In this document: one piece after another, positions 57,930-64,000 of the stretch
Position numbering within the stretch: the stretch's first letter is position 1
How the letters are laid out: every line of letters starts with the position of its first letter
DNA from: an uncultured Gammaproteobacteria bacterium
GTDB lineage: Bacteria > Pseudomonadota > Gammaproteobacteria > Steroidobacterales > Steroidobacteraceae
Length of the DNA: 64,000 nt
NCBI GenBank assembly: GCA_963731465.1
Contig: CAVSVK010000013.1
Coordinates: 246,897 to 310,896, forward strand
Direction of reading: 5' to 3'
Notes under the pieces: generated by a model
What the model saw: the letters and a program-made list of their open reading frames with translations, nothing else
Told to the model about the DNA's origin: nothing
Databases searched by the model: none
Program-made: the position numbers and the translations under genes

Positions 57930-58009
57930 GACGGATGGGTCTCTTTAAGTCGCTGCCGCGATCCCCGCACGGCTCCGGGCCGCGGTCAGGGATGTTCTCA
58001 AGAATGACC

Positions 58010-59182
58010 TCATTCGCGCGCGAGCGGCGCGGTGATGCGCGGCTCGACCTTCTGTCCGGCGGCCAGCTGTCCACGGTTGCCGATCACCACCAAATCGCCC
58101 TCTTTGAGCCCGCCCAGCACTTCGTAGCGGGTTTGCGTTTCGAGCCCCAACTTAATCGCACGCTCCTCGATCTCGCCGGCGGCATTGACCAGCTGCACGC
58201 TCCCGCCTCCGGCCGGCAGCGCCTCGATGGGGATCGCGAGCGCGTGAGGGTGCTCATCGACCTTGAGCACGACGCTGGCGTACATGCCGGGTACGAGCTC
58301 GAGCGAAGCATTGGGAACCTCCATCTCCGCGATCATGGTGCGTGTGCTGTCGTCGACCCGGTCGGAAAAGCGCGCGATCTTCCCGGTTAGCACGCGGCCG
58401 CCGAGCGAATCGACGCGCACGTTCAGTGGCGTATCCAGGCGGATGCCGTGCACGTAGTCGACCGAGACCGGGAAATCGAGCCGCAGCAGCATATTGTTTG
58501 AGACACGCACCAGCGGCATCGCCTGCGTATTGGAGGCCGTGCCGGCTTGAATCAGCGATCCGGGATCCGCGTACCGTTTGGTGATCACACCATCAAACGG
58601 CGCGACGATCCGCGTATAGCTCACCATCGTCTGGTACTTCTCGACATCGGATTTGGCTTCCTCCAGGCCGCCTTGCGCGGTGGCGTCATGCGCTTCCGCG
58701 GTGTCGAGATCCTGTTGCGCGACCAGGTTCGGGTGATCCTTGTTGACCGCGACGAGCCGCGTGTACGCCAGGTGTGCATCCTTGTAGCCGGCCTGCGCGC
58801 GCCGTGCATTCGCCACCGCATGGTCAAAGTCATCGTGCAGCTCCGGCACCTCAAGAACGGCGATCAGTTGCCCGGCTTTGACGCGGTCGCCGATATCGAC
58901 CTTTATTTCCTTCACATAGCCGGACACCTTGGCGTGCAATTCGACTTCGGTGTAAGGCCGAAACTCCGCCGGGATGGTAATTTCCTTGGAAAGATCCTCG
59001 CGGTCCACGCGCACCACCTCGACCACAGGTACCGGCGCGGTAGTTGCCGCCTGCAGCGTGCGCCCTTGCCAAACACGTGCAAGCAGGATCACGGCGATCG
59101 CAGCCGCAACCAGGGCCGCCAGAATCCATCCGCGTTTCGAGATGGCCGCGAGGTTCATGGGCACTGCCCGGCGGCCGCGCAT
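58010..59182 (-). CDS. RND efflux periplasmic adaptor (MFP/HlyD family)
   Basis: N-terminal TM, lipoyl/barrel motifs (VSGYVKEIKVDIGDRVKAGQLIAVLE). Alternative start at 59158. Confidence 0.9.
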   Translation of the reverse strand: MRGRRAVPMNLAAISKRGWILAALVAAAIAVILLARVWQGRTLQAATTAPVPVVEVVRVDREDLSKEITIPAEFRPYTEVELHAKVSGYVKEIKVDIGDRVKAGQLIAVLEVPELHDDFDHAVANARRAQAGYKDAHLAYTRLVAVNKDHPNLVAQQDLDTAEAHDATAQGGLEEAKSDVEKYQTMVSYTRIVAPFDGVITKRYADPGSLIQAGTASNTQAMPLVRVSNNMLLRLDFPVSVDYVHGIRLDTPLNVRVDSLGGRVLTGKIARFSDRVDDSTRTMIAEMEVPNASLELVPGMYASVVLKVDEHPHALAIPIEALPAGGGSVQLVNAAGEIEERAIKLGLETQTRYEVLGGLKEGDLVVIGNRGQLAAGQKVEPRITAPLARE

Positions 59183-59214
59183 GGCGTCGCTGGGAGATAA
59201 TAATCACGACCCGG

Positions 59215-59230
59215 AGTGACTAAAGTCACT
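59215..59230. promoter_or_regulatory. Palindromic operator candidate, copy 2 (AGTGACTAAAGTCACT)
   Basis: 32 nt upstream of the MFP ATG (59182, minus strand). 12 nt upstream of a minus-strand TATTAT hexamer (59197-59202). Confidence 0.5.
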
Positions 59231-59237
59231 TTCTGAC

Positions 59238-59253
59238 GGTGACTAAAGTCACT
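59238..59253. promoter_or_regulatory. Palindromic operator candidate, copy 3 (GGTGACTAAAGTCACT)
   Basis: Centre lies 23 bp from the centre of copy 2. Confidence 0.5.
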
Positions 59254-59375
59254 GCGTTTCGATTCCTTATGAATCAGTCGATGCGACCGATTTCTTGCGG
59301 CCGCCGCTGCCGTTCCGATTGTGCCTTTGGCAAGAAACATCACTTTCATCATGCGACGGGCGGCGCACGCTTTGG

Positions 59376-59392
59376 AAGTGACTTTAGTCACC
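59376..59392. promoter_or_regulatory. Palindromic operator candidate, copy 4 (reverse orientation; minus strand reads GGTGACTAAAGTCACTT)
   Basis: Plus strand reads AAGTGACTTTAGTCACC. It is the same 15-mer as copies 1-3 on the opposite strand. Confidence 0.45.
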
Positions 59393-59513
59393 TTTTTGCA
59401 GCAGATGAACCGAGCGGGTATTGCGGAGAAAACCGCGGATCAGGGGTTGCGAAACGACGTGCTGAATCCTTCGCCGCCGGCCCGGCGCGACGCCGTCTGC
59501 CTATGCGACTTGG

Positions 59514-60005
59514 CTAGGCGACGCCGGACACTTCATGCGGGGCCGGATCGGCGCTCATGCCAATGCGGCGGGAGAAGAACGCCACAACGAGTCCGAAGAG
59601 CAGCATCGCGGCCATATTTTCAGCGAACTTCAAGGACGTGAAGTGCGGCGCCGACTTCCAAGCCGATAGCGGCACCACGACGTAGTTCATCACGAAGAAA
59701 ATGACGACCCCATAGCCCAGCCCGCTCACGATCCAGTGACTGCGCAACCTCAAGACGATTTTCGACCCCAGGACATAGATCATCGCAATCAAAATCCCCA
59801 TTGCTTCCTGCAGGACCGCTCCCAGGATGCAGCTGCCGAGGCCGCCGTCAAAGGATGCCTTGCCGAGCAGACCGCCGGCGATCGCCTGCATGATAAACGC
59901 CGGACTGCGGCCCGAGATCAGCGAGGCGGCCGCGATGTCGAGGGTGGCCGCAATGATGCCGCCGAGCAATATGGCGCCAAGAACTTCGCGATTTTTGTCT
60001 TGCAT
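59514..60005 (-). CDS. Hypothetical integral membrane protein
   Basis: Four predicted TM helices, 163 aa. No motif recognised. Confidence 0.5.
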   Translation of the reverse strand: MQDKNREVLGAILLGGIIAATLDIAAASLISGRSPAFIMQAIAGGLLGKASFDGGLGSCILGAVLQEAMGILIAMIYVLGSKIVLRLRSHWIVSGLGYGVVIFFVMNYVVVPLSAWKSAPHFTSLKFAENMAAMLLFGLVVAFFSRRIGMSADPAPHEVSGVA

Positions 60006-60084
60006 GTTTACACAGCCTAAATGGATACCCGGTACTCCTCAAGACCCGCAAGGCGACTCTTTTTGGAGGCCACTTTGCGCGACT

Positions 60085-60750
60085 CTAACCCGGCGGGAGT
60101 ATTTTGCCGAGCGCCTGATTCGCTTCACGCAGCCAGTCATCCCGATCGCCGCCCGACGGCAATGCCTGGATCAAATCTCGTGCGCGTCGATAGGTGTCCT
60201 GCGCGCCGTGGTTGTCGCCGGTCTTCGCCAATGCCTCGGCCAGTGCCAACACGTTCGGAGGATAGCCGGGACGCAGGGCCACCGCGCGTCGCGCGGCCGC
60301 CAAACCTGTCTCGGCATCACCGGGTCCCAAAGGCCATGCGGGCGCCTTGATCAACACCAGAGCCATCACGCGTGCGGGACCCGCTTGGTCGTAGGTCGGA
60401 TCGGCTGCTTCGGCGCGGCTCAAGGCATCGAGCATCGATTTCAACGCTTCGTTGGCCTGCAATGGATGCGCGCGCGCCTGAAGGCCCAGTGCGACGCCGT
60501 CATAATAAAGGCAGGCGGCAGCCCGCGGGGCACGGTCGAGGCAGGCTTGCGCGTTTTGCAGGGCATCGGCGGCAAGCCGATCACGGCTTTTCGAATCCGT
60601 CGCAACCTCGCTGCGCCGCGCATCCGCGGCGACCTCCGCCGCCAGTTGCTCGAGCGTCATTGACGGCAGCGCTGCGGCCGGCCGAGTCTGCGGCATCTTG
60701 CACCCGGCCAAACTGACGGCCGCGAGGACGACACCAATGCAGCGCTTCAC
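60085..60750 (-). CDS. Lipoprotein with TPR-like helical repeats
   Basis: GTG start, lipobox LAGC. GTGA overlap with the upstream gene. Confidence 0.55.
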   Translation of the reverse strand: MKRCIGVVLAAVSLAGCKMPQTRPAAALPSMTLEQLAAEVAADARRSEVATDSKSRDRLAADALQNAQACLDRAPRAAACLYYDGVALGLQARAHPLQANEALKSMLDALSRAEAADPTYDQAGPARVMALVLIKAPAWPLGPGDAETGLAAARRAVALRPGYPPNVLALAEALAKTGDNHGAQDTYRRARDLIQALPSGGDRDDWLREANQALGKILPPG

Positions 60751-61526
60751 GGTTTGCTGATATTGCCGGGCAACTGCGGCAAGACGAACCCTTTGAGCTT
60801 GAGCGATGCCAACATCTCCGCGCCGCCCTTCGCAGCATTCAGTTTAAGGAGCGCCGCCTGAAAAGCTTTGGCGCGCGCATCAGGCAAGCGCGAATCAACC
60901 GCCGCAACCAGCGCTACGGGCAGTGCTTCCGATTGCGTCAGTGTCTTCAATTGCGCAGCGAACGGCAGGGTGGCAAGCGCCGCGGCCTGTGTTTGGTCCA
61001 GCAGCGCGAGCACCGGCTCTCCGGAAGCGACACGCCGCAACGCGCTCAATATTTGTCCGGTCGACTCGATTTTCACGTTCGCCGGCAGGGGACCCCAGGC
61101 GGCCAGCGCCGAATGTCTTATGAAATCCGGCGCGTATCCTGCGACGCTCAATATTGTATAGCCCGCCGTAGATGCCGGCCCTGTGACGGGGCCGCCGGCC
61201 TTCCCCATCAGAGTCCATCGCTCCTGGATGCCGACGCCCGCGACATCAGCCTGCGCAAGCGGCGCCAAATGCAGGGCCGCGGCATGCTGGACATAGAACG
61301 CGTAAGGCACGAATGTCAGTACCGAGTCCTTGTCGCCGAGTTTAGCCAGACCGCCCTGCTCGGTAGGGTCATAAACGGCGGCAAGACTGTCCGGCTTCCA
61401 TCCCGCGGACGCAGCGGCCGCCTTGGCAAACTGGTCCACGAAGGGCTGCGCATCGCCGGCTCCGCCGGGGTAGCCCGGCGCGCAAAAAACCAAGGTTGCC
61501 AATGCCGCCAATGTGAGTGTGATCAT
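60747..61526 (-). CDS. Exported hypothetical protein (periplasmic-binding-protein-like fold suspected)
   Basis: Signal peptide MITLTLAALATLVFCAPG. Alternating alpha/beta pattern. Function unassigned. Confidence 0.45.
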   Translation of the reverse strand: MITLTLAALATLVFCAPGYPGGAGDAQPFVDQFAKAAAASAGWKPDSLAAVYDPTEQGGLAKLGDKDSVLTFVPYAFYVQHAAALHLAPLAQADVAGVGIQERWTLMGKAGGPVTGPASTAGYTILSVAGYAPDFIRHSALAAWGPLPANVKIESTGQILSALRRVASGEPVLALLDQTQAAALATLPFAAQLKTLTQSEALPVALVAAVDSRLPDARAKAFQAALLKLNAAKGGAEMLASLKLKGFVLPQLPGNISKP

Positions 61527-61551
61527 GGCGACAGGCTATCATTACGCCACG

Positions 61552-63852
61552 ATGAGTGACTATCGGACGATGTTCGTCTCGCCCCGCTTGCTGCGACTCT
61601 TTTTGCAAATTTTGCAGGCGCGATTCGTGATCGTGGGAATATTCGCATTGTTGACCCTCGCCGGAATCTACGGCGCCCTGCGCATACCCACCGACAGCTC
61701 CATAGACCGCTTAATCGTCAGCAGCGATCCCGTCGCACAAGCCAGCCGCGACTTCGAGCGCATATTTCCCGAAGGCGAAGAAGCCCTCATCGTGCTCGAG
61801 GCGCCGGACCCGTTGAGCCCCGCCGCGCTGCAAGGCGTCGACCGGCTGCAGCATGAACTCGACCAGATCCCCAAAGTCGCGGCGCACAGTCTTCTCACGC
61901 TGTATTTTCGATCCAGTCCACCCGCCACCGTCGGCCCTGCTGATGCGGCAAAGCTGCGAGCCTTTGCCTCGGGCACCGCCCTGGTCCGCCGCGCCGGGCT
62001 GATGGGGGATCATTACCTCGGCATCGGGCTCGAGCTGCAGGTGAAATCGCCCGCGGAACGCGATCAGGCGTTGGCCGCAATCGATGCCAAGGTTCTGGCG
62101 CTCGCGGCCGACGGCCATCCGTTCACGGCCGTGCGACGCGTCGGCTCGCCCTGGCTCGATGCCTGGCTGGAGCGCCAAACCGGCGCCTCGACCAAGAAAT
62201 TCATGCCGCTGTTCGGCATCTTTTTGCTGACGCTGGTGTTCATCGTGTATCGATCCTGGCGTGCTCTCGCGGCAATCGTTCTCACCCTCGGCGCAGTGGT
62301 CGCGATTGCGGTGGGCATCGGCGAGTTGCTCGGCTTTTCAAACAGCGTGGTGTCGACCTTGGTGCCCTTGACCGTCATGGTCACCACCACGGCCACGTTG
62401 GTCTACATTCATTCGCGGTACATGGAGCCGGGCGGCCCGCCTCTCGAACATCATGCGCGCGCACTCGCCAACAAATTTCTGCCCTGCACCGCATCGATGT
62501 TCGCCACGGCGGTCGGCTTTGCGGCATTGACGGTGTCGGACATTCGCCCGGTGCGAGAAATGGGCTTATGGACGGCCTGCGGGCTGATCGGGGCGTGGGT
62601 CGGCTGCTTCACGCTGTTTCCGGCGCTGCAGTCCTTGTTGCGGGCACCACGTCGATCGGGCGCCGTCACGGAAGGCACGTGGTTCGCGCAATTTGTCGAT
62701 CTTTTGGTGCCTGCCACGCGCCGCTATCGTTGGTTCTTGGTGGCCGGCGCCGTGCTCATCATGTTGTGCGGGGCGGCATCCCTTTTCGGGATCCCCGGCA
62801 AGCTTGCGCCATTGCAGCTTGAAACCGACGCACTGACGTATGTTAATCCCCGCGAACCCGTGGCGCAGGATACGCGCCAGTTCGTCCAGACGAATGGCTT
62901 GGACGTGCAGGATTTGTGGCTGCAAACGCAACCGGGCCACGCCTTGGATCCCGAGTTCCTGCGCAGTGTGGATTTGCTGGCGCAGCGGCTCGAACAGGAC
63001 CCCGGGATCAACGCCGTCGACGGACCCACCACGCTGCTGCGCTGGGCGCGTTATATCCAATCCGGGTCCGATCAGCTGCCCACTGCGCCGGATGCGTGGC
63101 CGAAGCTCGCCGCAGACCTGGAGCAGATTCTATTGACCGAACCCGGCGCGCGCAGCTATGTCGACGTTGCCAATTTGTCGAGCGTTCGCCTGAGCATTCG
63201 CGGGCGCGCGGAAGTTTTCGGACCCTCGGGTGCAATGCGCAAATTCATCCTCAAGACGTGGACCGATGCCCAGGAGAGCGATCCAAATTTCCGCACCGTC
63301 CGGGGTCAAATGGCGGGCAAGGGCGTGCTCTCCGGCATCATCACCGAGCGCTTGCTGCCGACGCTGACGCAAAGCTTCGCTCTCACCGCCAGCGTCATTT
63401 TTCTTGCCTTTCTGGTGGTGTTTCGCAGCCCATCAGCGCGTCTCATGACGATGATTCCGTCTTTTTTCGCGATTCTCTCCGTGTTCATCGTCATGCGCGT
63501 GGCCGCTATTCCGCTCAACATCGCGACCATTCTCATCGGCTCGACCGTGCTCGGGGCAACGGAAAACGATCAGGTGCACTTTTTCTATCACCTTCAGGAA
63601 GGCCGCGCGAGCGGCACCACGGGCGGCGCGCTCAGGCACGCGATGCTCACGGCGGGCCGGCCGATACTCTTTGCGACGCTCATCAACACCAGCGGATTTC
63701 TGGCGCTGACCTTTTCCGATCTACCGCCGATGCGCCAGTTCGGCGTCGTTTCCGCCTGCGCCTTCGTGCTGGCCCTGATAGCCGACTTCACCGCACTGCC
63801 CGGCGCACTCTGGATCTTGAGCCGCGAAGCGCGCCGCAAAGCAGCAACCTAG
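61552..63852 (+). CDS. MMPL/RND-superfamily transporter (HpnN-like architecture)
   Basis: Two blocks of 6 TM helices, each preceded by a large loop. N-terminus RFVIVGIFALLTLAGIYGALRIPTDSSIDRL. Start at 61552 (or 61570) preferred over the ORF-track 61513. Confidence 0.8.
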   Translation: MSDYRTMFVSPRLLRLFLQILQARFVIVGIFALLTLAGIYGALRIPTDSSIDRLIVSSDPVAQASRDFERIFPEGEEALIVLEAPDPLSPAALQGVDRLQHELDQIPKVAAHSLLTLYFRSSPPATVGPADAAKLRAFASGTALVRRAGLMGDHYLGIGLELQVKSPAERDQALAAIDAKVLALAADGHPFTAVRRVGSPWLDAWLERQTGASTKKFMPLFGIFLLTLVFIVYRSWRALAAIVLTLGAVVAIAVGIGELLGFSNSVVSTLVPLTVMVTTTATLVYIHSRYMEPGGPPLEHHARALANKFLPCTASMFATAVGFAALTVSDIRPVREMGLWTACGLIGAWVGCFTLFPALQSLLRAPRRSGAVTEGTWFAQFVDLLVPATRRYRWFLVAGAVLIMLCGAASLFGIPGKLAPLQLETDALTYVNPREPVAQDTRQFVQTNGLDVQDLWLQTQPGHALDPEFLRSVDLLAQRLEQDPGINAVDGPTTLLRWARYIQSGSDQLPTAPDAWPKLAADLEQILLTEPGARSYVDVANLSSVRLSIRGRAEVFGPSGAMRKFILKTWTDAQESDPNFRTVRGQMAGKGVLSGIITERLLPTLTQSFALTASVIFLAFLVVFRSPSARLMTMIPSFFAILSVFIVMRVAAIPLNIATILIGSTVLGATENDQVHFFYHLQEGRASGTTGGALRHAMLTAGRPILFATLINTSGFLALTFSDLPPMRQFGVVSACAFVLALIADFTALPGALWILSREARRKAAT

Positions 63853-64000
63853 CGAGGCAAAAGGAACGATTGTCGTGCTCGTTTCGCGCGCGAGTCGGCG
63901 AGTTCTGAGTTTGCACCGCGCTTTAACATGATTTTTTCAGTGTGCTGCGACAACTTTGACGATTCATTGGGCCTTGAAAAACTTTTGCAATCGTTCTATA

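Noticed and set aside
1-64000. Search by eye for CRISPR arrays, tRNA/rRNA genes, IS elements or integrases, retron or DGR reverse transcriptases, and restriction or known defence genes
   Set aside because: None was recognised. All intergenic gaps are 400 nt or shorter, and none shows spacer-repeat periodicity or tRNA-like structure. A tRNAscan, Infernal or defence-finder run would be needed to exclude them formally.

Overview
GC-rich bacterial chromosomal segment (mid-60s % GC by eye, not computed) that is densely coding: about 60 CDS, many joined by 4-nt ATGA/GTGA/TTGA start-stop overlaps. Reading by eye, I saw no rRNA, tRNA, CRISPR array, transposase, integrase or phage gene. All protein calls rest on motifs read from the supplied translations. 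No database search was run.

Gene blocks, in order:
- 1-2.8 kb: 5'-truncated LytTR response regulator, PI-PLC-like phosphodiesterase, Cys-less DksA/TraR-like protein, msrA.
- 3-10.5 kb: end-joining/ligase island. It holds ku, an HTH+TPR gene and ligD as a tight operon, then an alpha/beta hydrolase translationally coupled to a second ATP-dependent DNA ligase, with a convergent Nudix gene.
- 10.5-23.5 kb: housekeeping and accessory genes, including DUF817, dienelactone hydrolase, a stand-alone ParB/Srx-like protein, NDH-2, an S33 hydrolase, a crotonase, GST, secreted hypotheticals, vapBC and an ArsR+SRPBCC pair.
- 23.9-32 kb: ICMT/MddA-like methyltransferase, STAND-LuxR regulator and DUF3943 protein on the minus strand. 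A Ycf46-like AAA+ ATPase and a FabH-like KAS III run divergently from them.
- 32-41.2 kb: envelope island bracketed by two inverted Tat-exported M20 peptidase paralogs. It contains a Zn-ribbon SDR, lipoproteins, a cupin, a periplasmic TPR protein and a membrane-anchored coiled-coil protein with a cysteine-less FGE-sulfatase-like domain carrying a 189-bp internal tandem duplication.
- 41.2-45 kb: asparaginase-like protein, KirBac K+ channel, M14 peptidase.
- 45-51 kb: molybdenum island with a MOT1-type transporter, an HTH-only ModE-like regulator, a 2Fe-2S/molybdopterin oxidoreductase and a triheme cytochrome c.
- 51.8-64 kb: frameshifted MaoC-like gene, orphan NarL/LuxR response regulator, MFP-RND-OMF efflux operon, and an MMPL transporter divergent from exported proteins.

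Strongest non-coding signal: four copies of the 15-mer GTGACTAAAGTCACT. One lies upstream of the orphan response regulator and three lie upstream of the RND efflux operon.

Candidates for new biology:
- the three-gene ku/HTH-TPR/ligD operon;
- the hydrolase-ligase coupled pair;
- the pseudo-FGE/TPR/M20 envelope module.

None of these can be shown to be novel without database searches.
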